A stretch of DNA of 63,678 bases, counting the filler. It is 11 parts of 11 records of this genome, joined end to end, with 100 filler letters (N's around TTAATTAATTAA, not from the genome) between each part and the next. Parts side by side here need not be neighbours in the genome. Positions count along the whole stretch, not along the records: positions 34,883 to 38,427 come from SRR15195285_1670; positions 38,528 to 43,489 come from SRR15195285_1674; positions 43,590 to 47,167 come from SRR15195285_1675; positions 47,268 to 51,750 come from SRR15195285_1676; 7 more parts are not named here. One strand, given 5' to 3'. Made by a program: the position numbers and the translations under genes. The stretch's first letter is position 1. The number at the start of each line of letters is the position of its first letter. Shown here in pieces: positions 38,339 to 49,168 of this stretch. A model generated the notes under the pieces. It ran no database searches, was not told the DNA's origin, and saw nothing but the letters and a program-made list of their open reading frames with translations.

Positions 38339-38527
38339 AAGATACGTGCGGGACGCGCGGCGCTTTCCTCTCGCGCGTCGATACGCGCGCGTACGTAGGG
38401 GTGCAGCACTGAAAAGAGGCCAGATTGNNNNNNNNNNNNNNNNNNNNNNNNNNNNNNNNNNNNNNNNNNNNTTAATTAATTAANNNNNNNNNNNNNNNNN
38501 NNNNNNNNNNNNNNNNNNNNNNNNNNN

Positions 38528-41500
38528 TTCCTGCATGCACGAGGTCTCGCCACTGACGACAACACGCCATGGATCGGCGGTCGAGTCGCTCGGAAGGTGC
38601 ACCTCGAGCTCGGAGTGCCCGTCGCAGCAGTCCTCAAAACCCAGCGACTCGAATTCGTGGTCGCCCAGCGTCAGCTCCACGGACGTCAGTTGCAGATGCC
38701 CCCAAAGGTTGCCTGCACACACCACAGCCATTTGCTTCAATTTTTCTCGCGGTAGGTCCATTCTAAAAACTCGAGAATTTGAGCTAAGAGAGAAAAGAGG
38801 GCGTACCCGGTGTGTGCTCAGGGCCGTCGACGCCGATGAAAGAGCCGCTGCCGAAGTCAGCGTGGTAGCGGAAGTTGTACGAGCCTGGAGCATTGCATCG
38901 GAACGGGATCCGCACGTGGAAACCGATGTTGCTGTTAGATGCCCCCGTCTCCGCCCCGCCTGGGCCTTGGCAGACGTCTTGGTTGGAGAGGTAGGCGGCA
39001 GAGGCAAGAGACCCCATGCAGTATCCCTCAGGCTGCGGATCCACCATCTGACACTCGACGAAGATCCGCAGCGCGGCAGCGTACGACGGGGTCGCCATGC
39101 TGGTCACGTCGTACGTGCACTGTGTGGTTGCGAATTGCACGCAGCCGAAGATCAGATCCTGAGGATGGGAAACGTCCGTACTCGCGCAGCCAAACGAGCA
39201 ACCGCTGCACTTGACACAGCCGCCATCGCACCCGTGCCAATCATCACAAGTTGCACCATCCTGGCCTGCGCCAGTATGGGTGTGGCACTTGGTTGCGCCT
39301 TGACTGCCAGGATTGTAGCACATGGCCCCCTGATCGATTGCATGCGTGCAGTCAGACTCGCGCTCGATTGCCGGCGGGTTGTCGATGCTATCGTCGTTGC
39401 TGCCGGTGCATTCCACGCAGTTGAAGTCGGTCGGAGACGCAGGTGTGCCGTCGTCTCCATTGTGTCCGTTCGAGTGCCAGTCTGCCGGGTGAGACTCGCA
39501 CCCAAAGAGGCTGTCTGGCAGTGGATTGGTGGCAGGATCTTCGGGGTTGTCCTGGTCGGGTGGGAAGCACTTCCGGTAGCCAGTTACGACTGGCAGTGGC
39601 GTGAGGTCGGGACCACCTGCGCCGTAGGTGTAAAGCGAGCCTGTCTCGTAGCCGAGGGCACGGCAGACAATCTTTGCAGGGTTATCATTATCCCAGTAGT
39701 AGTGGCCACACATCGTCCCCCAGAGCCCTTGTCCGTGGTTGGCGTCGGGGTTCCAGACCTCGATTCGCCCCTGCGGTGTCGATGAGAGACGCACAGTCTG
39801 CGAACTGCTGCAGGACGCGACAGAGCCAACGGTACCGCACTGAGCGGCGGAGTCGGTGTCGAATCGGCACTCGGGATGGTCACCCAGGGGTGTTTCACCC
39901 TCGAGGCAAGGCGTCGCTCCCGACACCACTACCCTCCAGACTCCATCCTGGGAGTTCTGGTCAACGATCAGCTGCACCTCGAGCTCAGAGTGGCCGTCAC
40001 AGCAGTCCTCTGATCCAGCGCACCATAAAACAAGGTTAGGCCTCTTGAAATGCACATTTTGGCCGACTGAATGACACCGACTGATTGGCTGACGTCCACC
40101 GCATGTGGTCGGTCGGCCAGCTAATGATAGCAGTGGAGAAAAGAGAGGCACAATCCAGACGAAGCGACTGGTAGATAGATAGTGGCAGGCAGGAGAGATG
40201 GAGTCTGACGGACCGAAGCCAAGCGCCTCGTACTCGTGATCGCCGGTCGTCAGCACCGACGTATCCTGCAAGTGGCCCCACACGTTGCCTGGGCGATACG
40301 ATTCTTTGTGTCAGTTTTCCTAGATGGTCTGGGTCTGACTGTCTTGGCAAATTCGTGGGGTGCAGAGAAATTTGGAAGATAAAAGAGAGTGAGAGTGCCC
40401 AGATACCTGGGGTATGCTCCGCGCCGTCGACTCCGATGAATGAGCCGAGGCCGTAGTCAGCGTGGATCCGCCAGAGATATGTCCCGGCCAGATTGACCTG
40501 GAAGGGGATTCTAATGTGGAAGGCGATGTTCGTTGTGGCACCTTCCAGGCAGACGTCCTGGTTGGACAGGAATGCAGCTGAGACGAGTGCGCCACGGCAG
40601 TAGCCATCTCTCGGCGGGGCAGACGCGCAGCTTGTGTAGGCGTTCAGCGCATCAGCATAAGAAGAAGCCGTGGCCGCAGAGCTCGCGTCATACTCGCAGT
40701 ACACAGACGCAAATTCAACACAGCCGAAGACCAGATCCTGGCTGCTGTCTTGCCGACCGTCCATTGCTCTGGCGTAGGCGTTGCCGCCGCAGTTCTGGCA
40801 GCCGTTCGTATCGCAGTGGTGCCAGTCATCGCAGCTGTCAGCGCCGTTGTGGGTGTGACAGTTGAGCGGCCTTGAGTCTCCGTTGAGGCAGATCGCACCC
40901 TGGTCGATGGCGTGATTGCACCGACCATCTGGGTGCACGAAATCATAGTCTACAGTCCAGACGTTGCCCGCACTTTCGCATGAGCCCTGGTCGTTGATGG
41001 CGCCTTCCTGCCCAGAGGAATGATCGCTCCCAAGGCCAACGGCGGCGCCGTCAGGAGTCGTGCAGTAGCCTGGATTGCCATGCTGCGGGCAGTCAAAGAT
41101 GTTTGGTGGGGCTTGGTTCGTCTCAGATTCTGGCTGATCGGGATTAGGGAGCTCGCAGCGGCGGTAGCCTGTGACAATCGGCAGGTCGAGCACGGTCTCC
41201 GAGCGCGAGTTGCCGAAAGTGTAGAGTGAGCCGTCCTGGTAGCCAAGCTTCTGGCAGACTGCCTTGGCAACATTGTGATTATCCCAGAACCAGTGACCAC
41301 ACACAGTTCCCCACGTTTCCAGTACCGGGCTGTACACTTCAATTCTGCCCTGCGGGTAGTCGCTCAGCCGGTAGATGTCCGCCGCCTGCACACGCTCCGG
41401 CGGCGGGGCTTCTGCGACACCACCGCAGGCCATGCCCATGCCGGTGCTACCGCAGATAGCAGCGGCAGCGGTGCCAGCGGTGCACGTGGCGTCGTGTTTC

Positions 41501-43342
41501 TTGCAGCTCATACAGTCGTGCTGTCCACTCTGAACGACTCGCCAGGTTTCGTCGTCGGCATCACATGGGAGATGGACCTCGAGCTCCGAGTGCCCGTCGC
41601 AGCAGTCCTCGAAGCCCAGCGCTTCGAATTCGTGATCGCCGACCGGCAGATGCTGATCCGAAATCTGAACGTGCCCCCACAGATTGCCTGGCGTGTGCTC
41701 AGCACCGTCCATGCCGATGAAAGAGCCAGCGCCGAAGTCAGCATGGTAGCGGATGTGGATCGTCTGCTCGATGTCAACCAGCAGCGGGATGCGAATATGG
41801 AACGCGATATTCTCGGTTGCACCGCCCTCGCACACGTCATGGTTTGCCAGCATGGACGCCGTAGTTAGCGAGCCGTGACAGTAGCCAGGCACGTCCGCGT
41901 GCCCCTCCAGGCAGGCGGAGAACTCAGCGAGAGCACGCGTAAAAGAGCCGTGGCTGTTTGCCGTAGCATCGTACACGCAGTTGGTCGTGTCTACCACAGA
42001 CGCGTAAGGAGTCAGACTTTTGTAGTCAGAGGAGTGATAATAGAAGGCCGAGAGGCAGAACGGCGAAGAGAAAGAACCACGGAGGCAGATGGAGAGGCAT
42101 CAAGACCGAGGGACGGCCGATGGGTAGAGATGAAGCTCACAAAACTCGATGCATCCGAAGAAGAGCGTCTGGCGATCTTCTCCATGAGTTTCGTCTGTGC
42201 GTGAAGAGAGACCCCCGTGCATATCACAGCCCCCGGCGCCGTTGGCGCCGCAGCCGCTGCACGCGGAGCTGCCGTCGGCATTGGTCGCCCAGGCTTGCAG
42301 CGGGGTGATTTCCGCGCCATCGCCGTAGCAGACGACGCCCTGATCGATGTGGTTGCTGCACCCAGAGTTGCAGCCGTCGCGGGAGTCCGGGTCGCTGTAG
42401 CACGACGCTGCGGGGTAGCTGAGATGATCTGCGTCGGGCCCACCCATGTGCAGTTCGCAGTCGAGAAGTGAGGCTTCGGTGCCGTCGCAAGTCTGGAAGC
42501 CAAGGTGAGCAGGCAGCTCGCGGAGGTTGAACGACGCGCCGTAGGTGAAGAGTGCGCCGCTGACGTAGCCGAGGTCGCGGCACGCAATGTTGGCTGCTTC
42601 GTCGTTGTTCCATAGCCAGTGGCCGCAGACCGTGCCCCAGCTTGGAGTGTCGCTGCGCGTGCCATCAGGCAGGACCTCTCCGGTGAAAACCTCCAGCCTC
42701 CCAGTGCAGCCGCTTGCAGTGCACTGGGAGTTGCCACCCGTGAGGCGGATGATGCCACTCTCCGAGACGCCGACCGGGCTGGTGCGCCCCCCTGGAGATG
42801 CTCCGCCAGCGTTGTAGCTGGGGTTGCGGCTGCCAGAACCGCCGGGAAGCCCGAGTCCGTTGCTGGCGCCGTCGCCGGTGGCACTACCGTCATCTCCTCC
42901 TGCAATGTAGATGACGACAACCACCAGAGCTACGATCAGTGCCACCAGCACGCCGAAGATCTGCTTGACCTGGTCGTTGGTGACTTTCTTGCCGCAGAGC
43001 GTCAGGTCAGCCATGCTGTCCCACCAACCCGAGCTGGCCATGGTCCCGTCCTCGGGCGCACCCTGCGTTGTGGCAGCCACCAGCGGCAGCAGCGACGTCA
43101 GCCCCACCCTCTGTGACCGAGAACGGGACACAGCCCCCCGGTCCTACTCAATGTTGCGAGCTCTACTCCCTCTGCGAGGCGCTCTCAGATCAGCATCAAA
43201 TGTGTGCGTGCCATGCCGCCTGCCAACCAGCACTCACATAATCCGGTACAGCATCTGCCGGCGGCGGTGCCCCAGGCTCCACCGGCAGACCGCCCGGCGG
43301 CGCCTCCGGCTCCTTCGGGATCTCGCTCTCGTACATCGACAT
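38528..43342 (-). CDS. Type II membrane protein with three tandem [SRCR + Cys-rich linker + CCDG-motif domain] modules; 3' truncated; introns 43063-43237, 41991-42140, 40289-40406, 40010-40213, 38713-38806
   Basis: MSMYESE start and TM IFGVLVALIVALVVVVIYIAG. Three SRCR cores GR(L/I)EV..WGT(V/M)CGH..A..(A/V)C..LGY..H.IDQG..C. Three copies of GYC..N.DVC..NI.FH.RIP..HAD(F/Y)G.GSFIG.DG.EHTPGN.WGH..GDHE..LGFEDCCDGHSELEV. All five GT-AG introns restore the frame. Confidence 0.85.
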
Positions 43343-43462
43343 CTCCGCGCTCCTCCCGCTCCTCACCGGGGGCCCTCGTCGCCCCTGCACCCCTTCTCCT
43401 GCCGCAGCAGCCTCCTCCCCAAGGGCAGCCTCCTGTAGCTCCTCCCCAAGGGGAGCCTCGCA

Positions 43463-43489
43463 AGCAGCAGCAGCAGCAGCAGCAGCAGC
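43463..43489. repeat. (CAG)n microsatellite at contig end
   Basis: About nine CAG units before the linker. Other contig-edge microsatellites lie at 34889-34908 (CAC), 51721-51750 (CAGA/CAGG) and 58353-58377 (GCT). Confidence 0.9.
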
Positions 43490-44149
43490 NNNNNNNNNNN
43501 NNNNNNNNNNNNNNNNNNNNNNNNNNNNNNNNNTTAATTAATTAANNNNNNNNNNNNNNNNNNNNNNNNNNNNNNNNNNNNNNNNNNNNCCAGACACTCT
43601 CAGAGAGTGTCTGGCGGCGGGCGCCGAGCAGAGTGGTAGGGGTTGAGGAAAAGTGCTCATTGAGCCGAAGGCCACCTCCTTCGCGGCGCTGGTGGGTGCC
43701 GCCCGGCCCACGCCAATCACCACGCGCGCCCCAGCAGGGGTTGGTTAGAAGGGCTCTAGCTAGTAGGACACAGCGATACCGGCGAACGTGATTTGGCGGT
43801 CTTTGCAGCACCTTCGTCGATTTCCCCGATGGTTTGAAGCGCCGCGATATATTTATAAAGTATAGTTTCCACCGGTTTGGCTGCCAATCTTGTGCAAGCA
43901 GGAAGACAGCGAAATTTATTTTTCACAATAAGGAGCGGGCTCCTTGACAAGACTTCTGTGTTCTGATTCTGGTTTCTGAACACTGGCACCTTAAGGTAGT
44001 AGTAGTACGAGATTGTAATGTTCCGGTCTCGCTGGGTCCAGGATTCTCATCTCTCAGTGCCGCAAACGATTCCAACCCAGCCGGTGGTACGGAAGTGCTC
44101 GTTCCCATACTATTGACTGGGGAAAAAAGGCGGACTTTTGAGCGGTGCG

Positions 44150-45089
44150 ATGGCGGAGGCACCGACGGCGGGGCGGCGGGCGGGGCGGCGGGCGGGTAAC
44201 CCGGTGGAAGGTGGTGCGGCGTCAGGTTGGGGTGAGCCTGTGGAGAGGGCGGCGGCGCCGACGGGCGGCGAGAATGCGGAGAGTCCGCCTAGCCCGGACG
44301 GGCCGCAGCATGGGTAAAGTCTGACCGCCTGCCTGCCTGCCTGCGCGCTTGCCTGTGCGGCTGCGTGTGTGTGCCTGTTTGTCGGCGTATGTGTCTGTCC
44401 GTCCGTCCGTCCGCTGGTCTGCCGCCTGCACGTGTGTATGTCGGGGAGCCTGTATGTGTTCCTGTGGATTTCTGTGTGCCTGGAAGGCGTCGTTTGTTTC
44501 CGTCCGCCTGAAGATCCGCATGCCTGTCTGTCTGCCAGCCTGCCTGTTTGCCTGCCCGTCTGTCCGATCGTCCATCTGGCTATGTGGCTGTTCAGACTGT
44601 GTGGCTGGCTCTGATAATGTGCTCACGGCCCGCGCTGTTGTTCACGTGCGCAGGCGGCGCAAGGGTGGGGCGACGTCGGGCTGGGGCGAGCCAGCGGATG
44701 AAGCGGGCTCGTCGGAGCCGGCACCGATGCCGGAGCCCATCGCGCCGCCGCGGAGAGACAGCGACGACGACGACGGCGTGGCGGCATTTATCCCTGATCT
44801 GGAGGAGGAGGAGCAAGAGGAGCAGATCCGAGAGGTGTCGGAAGCGCCGGCGGTGCAGCACCAGATGCAGTCGATCGACGAGCTGGACAACGGCGCAGAT
44901 GCTGCGGGTGCTCTGCACATGATCGACCACGGCATCGACCTGTCGCTGCTGACTGGGTGCCTCTCGGCGCGTGGACACGTCGAGGAGGAGGACGCCAGCT
45001 GGGACTTCAACGGTCTGCTGTCCGACGTGAGTCAGGAGCTGCAGAAAGAGGTAGACAAGCAAGAGGCTGAGGAGGAGGAGGAGGGCTAG
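44150..45089 (+). CDS. IFT43: Intraflagellar transport protein 43; intron 44314-44653
   Basis: N-terminal GRRAG and SGWGE motifs. C-terminal IPDLEEE..VSEAP..QSIDELD..GIDLSLLT.CL....VEEED..WDF..L..DVSQEL matches IFT43. A phase-2 intron GTAAAG...GCGCAG joins the exons. Confidence 0.88.
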
Positions 45090-45360
45090 CCTATAGTCGC
45101 TCGCGGACTGCGGCACATTCGAGGTGTGGCTGCAGGCACAATGTGGATTCAGGGTCACAGCTACTTGTAGCCAGATCGTCGGAACCAGTGGCAACGACAA
45201 TACCGAGTGCACACGCCAAGCTCCCAAGCGCAGCAGGCCTACCACTCGCCAACTAGCTCCAGCTCGCTCACCCACTGGTAGTTCAGCACCAAAGTAGATG
45301 GCCTGGTGCATCATCGTACCTGTCAGTCGCGGTTGCCACTGCCAGGTAGCACAGTGCTAA

Positions 45361-47167
45361 CTAGGCCGCGAGCGCCTTCTTGATCGCAGGGACAATCGCG
45401 TTGTCGACCAGGTAATTGTAACCAGCAGCGCCACAATGAGGCTTGCAGCTGCCTGCGCGCCCACGCACACGATCGTGTAATTGCAACGTAGCATGCGAGC
45501 CTGTGCCAATTGTGAAAACCAGACGTCGGGAGCACACACCGCAAGTGACGTTGCCGCACGCGGTCATTGTCGCATACAGATCGACGACCGTGATTTTGCG
45601 CGCCTCCATCACGGCCTGCCAAGTTGCGAAGACAGCCAGAAACATCGGGTGAGTCTCAAGGAATTGCGCAATCTGAATTCGACGCCAAGTGTCTACCAAC
45701 GGCAGGTCCTAGCTTCGTGATACGTGCGCACGCACCGAGGCGATCTCATTGAGCTCCAGCACCTTCTGGTCGTCCGGAGATACCGGCTCGCCGGGGACGG
45801 AGTTGGCACCACCGGGAATTGTGGTCTGGAAATAGATGAGGCGGCTCGGTTTGCTCGGGTTGGCCTCCTTGGCCGTTGCCGTCAACTATGTGACAAAACA
45901 TTAGTGCACGATCGCTGCGTCACACATCAAAGTACACAATCATGGTGACACTAGTATCGCGCACGCAATGCGTTTGGCTCACCTGGTCGGCGATGGACTC
46001 GAGGTTGGCAGTGTAGGTCGCGTTCGAATCGCCACCGTCGTGGAGGCCATAATTGAATGTTATGACATCCCAAGGAGGCAGCTCGAAATGAGGCGTCCGG
46101 ACAAAGTACTTGGTGCAGAAAGCTCCGTACGCAGCTCCGTCGGCACATCCGCCGCCAGCGTTGTTTGGTCCGTGCTGTGCGTTTGCAGTCCCATTCAGTG
46201 CCCTTGCTACGAACGGTATATAGCCGTCGCTCACAGAGTCGCCAATTACCAAAACCTGAGAAAGTCAGCGGCCGTCCAGAGTTCAGTACTTCCGTGACAA
46301 CAGAAGCACATCTAGGTGCTCAGCCGAGATGAGGGAACACGCACGTTCGGCAACGTCTTGCTAACTACACCCGGCCCGAGGCCACAGCAGCAGCGCCCAG
46401 CTGGCAACCCAGCATTCGCACCGAGACCACCTGCAAGATAAATCGCCTTAGACAGCCGAATCATGCGAGCAGGCCACTGCGAGATTGCACTGGCGACACC
46501 TACCTGATGCACATCCTTGGGCGAGCTTGGCTGGGGGCGAGCACCCATATCCTCCAGGAACTTTGTACGAGTCTGGAGATTTTCCAATGCAACACTGCGC
46601 AGCGCACAGCGTGGGCGGTCAGACTTCACGCGATCTATTGGGCTGCTGCAGCTGTGGAGGGCGCACCGTGTCCTCCTTGGGGCAACTGGTGCACCCAGCA
46701 GCGCCACACTGCTGCAGCGAGGCATTTGACGCGGCAATCCTCGAAGGCCATGTAGCTCCATCGATGCTGTTCGCCGCTGGGCACTGGCTGATGCTCATAG
46801 CACTAACTGCGCCGACGCCTCCGCAACGCTCTCCGGCACTCCCAGTGCACGTCACGTTGCAGCCAGTTGACTTCGGTATGGTGTACGGCCCGAACCCATG
46901 GTCACAGCGACAGTCGCCGCCCGCCTCAACGCCTGCGATGGCGCCCACCCCGAAGCCAGCTTCGCAGCAAAGCGCCACGCAGCGAAAGGGTGTCATCTTC
47001 GGGTCCCTGCGACAGTCAATTCCGGCGATACTCACTCAGCGCCAACAGCTGCCAAGCGAGTACCCGCCGCTCACCACTATATCTGTTCTCAACCGGCAAT
47101 GCTATGGGAGGGAAAACGGTACGCGCCCACACTTCCACACAACGACACTGGGACGGTAGTGGTTGTG
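45361..47167 (-). CDS. WSC-domain + SGNH/GDSL hydrolase, at least six introns, 5' truncated
   Basis: WSC motif C...C...G..IAGVEAGGDCRC..CNVTCTG...ERCGG. Spliced LPN|VLVIGDSVS.GY (block I), WDVITFNYGLHD (block III), VVDLY and C-terminal PHC..AGY. Confidence 0.78.
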
Positions 47168-47851
47168 NNNNNNNNNNNNNNNNNNNNNNNNNNNNNNNNN
47201 NNNNNNNNNNNTTAATTAATTAANNNNNNNNNNNNNNNNNNNNNNNNNNNNNNNNNNNNNNNNNNNNCGATTCATGAATTTAGACACTGGCCCTAAGACA
47301 CCTACTATTAATAGCTAGAGAGCCATACTCTTCGATTCATGAGGCCCAGTGTCTGCCTGAGAATACATGTATTGATTACCGAGGAGTTCTTCCTACAGTG
47401 AATCATTCGTATTATCATAATGATAATTTCACAAGTCCGGCCACTCCGCTCAAATCAAGTTCTTCCTACAGTAGGGTACAATCTGGCCTCAACAAGTTCA
47501 CGAACGCAGATGCCCATCAGAGGATGAGCGGTTTTATATACCTGGGTACATGTACCGTAGGAGACAACTGAATCACGTAGGTTTAGTTGACAAGTTGAGC
47601 GCGCGCGCGCGCGGACCTCTCTCGCTGCGTCAACAACTTCGCCAAAATTAGAACCAGCAAGCAAACGGCGACGGACTGAGGTGGCTCGCTAGACGCCTAC
47701 AAGAAGGGTCCTTGCACAGCAGCAAGCAAGCTTGACCGCAGCTCACCGCAGCAGCGGGCACGCACATTGCCTACACCTGGCCACAGAACGAGGCGCCACT
47801 CAGGGTTCGGCGAGTCGCCAAGCTCACGGCACAGTCGCGCAGTCGGGGCTG

Positions 47852-48607
47852 ATGGCTCAGCGACCAGCACCCCTTGTTCCGTACTCAGTTTTTAAGCAGC
47901 AAAGTCAGACTAGTACAGCAGCTGCTGGGCACGCCACTACCTCCCTACCAGTCCGCTGGCATCCGGCCCGAGCGCGAAGCAACTTCTCTACTCGCAACGT
48001 ACGACCGATGGCTTCGCCGAACATGGAGCACCACAAAACTACTCCTGCTCAACACCAGCCTCAAGACGGAGAGATTCAGGCTAAAACACAGCAACTTGAC
48101 CATCTTCGACAGGTGGTTGCCCAGCTAGAAAAAGAAATAGGCGCCAGAGACAGCCCGAGTCCGGTGACCATGACGCCACAGCATCCGGCACCACCTGGTG
48201 CTGCTCAAGCAAATCCAGCTGCAGCAGAACCTGCTGTTGCACGTCCTCAGAGGTCTAAAGAAACCAATAGGCAGACTCAGTGTCGACCAAATCAAGGTGA
48301 CACGCGCGTGGAGGTGCCAACCCCCAAATATGGCGGCATTGTCCTCGAGAATCAACACCACACGCCTGATGCAGCCACGGTAGCAGCAACACCAATCCTC
48401 AGACCCCGCTCTGGGAGGCACAGACGGCGATCACTGGAGCACACACCTAGCTGGGAGCAAAGACAGGGAAAACACATTGCCCCATCGTGTCTTCCTGTTG
48501 CATCGTCCGGCGGGCGTGGGCAGCAACCACGTAAGCACAACAAGTCGCAGTCGCGATCAAGACGTACTTCTATGCCATCGGTGATGGGGTTTGGTCGGTT
48601 CGTGTGA
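47852..48607 (+). CDS. Possible hypothetical low-complexity protein with a short coiled coil
   Basis: ATG-initiated ORF of about 250 aa downstream of a (GC)n tract; no family recognised. Confidence 0.4.
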   Translation: MAQRPAPLVPYSVFKQQSQTSTAAAGHATTSLPVRWHPARARSNFSTRNVRPMASPNMEHHKTTPAQHQPQDGEIQAKTQQLDHLRQVVAQLEKEIGARDSPSPVTMTPQHPAPPGAAQANPAAAEPAVARPQRSKETNRQTQCRPNQGDTRVEVPTPKYGGIVLENQHHTPDAATVAATPILRPRSGRHRRRSLEHTPSWEQRQGKHIAPSCLPVASSGGRGQQPRKHNKSQSRSRRTSMPSVMGFGRFV

Positions 48608-49168
48608 GGTCCAATACACATGAGGGCGAGATCGTGACTACAGTTCGTGCAAACGTTCATGCAGATAAAGCATCTACATCTTCACTGTTTTTCTGTGCTA
48701 TGCAACCCCCGTGATTACTAGCACACTGAAATGTGACCATCAGTGCAAGGTGTTCATAGTACATGTAGTGCTCAGTACCGGGCGGGCCTTACTGTTTTAT
48801 GATGAGCCATAGACTTGTGTATTGGTGAGAGCTCGTGGTGGAACTCCTCAGAGGGAGTAGACGAGCCGAACTTGGCAGGTCCAGAGCCACAGCCGGAAGT
48901 AGAGCTAGCCACGGGCAAAACCAGCGTGGGAGTGGGATATAGTGCATACCCTAGAGGCTGAACCACGTCAAAAACGTTTGACTTTACCAATAGATGGTGA
49001 CAATGATGGCAATTGGCGTGTTCGAATAGTACTGTTGGCAAGATAGTGGCTTCATTCTGTACAACCATTCGGAGAGAACGCTTCGACGTTCGCATCTATC
49101 CAATGCTGACAGCCTAGATCTACCCGCTTGCTGGCCATAAGAAGTCCCAGCGTTGGAGCGCGTGGCTC

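Noticed and set aside
43590-44110. Possible minus-strand gene divergent from IFT43
   Set aside because: Only short ORFs with no recognisable motifs, truncated by the contig edge.
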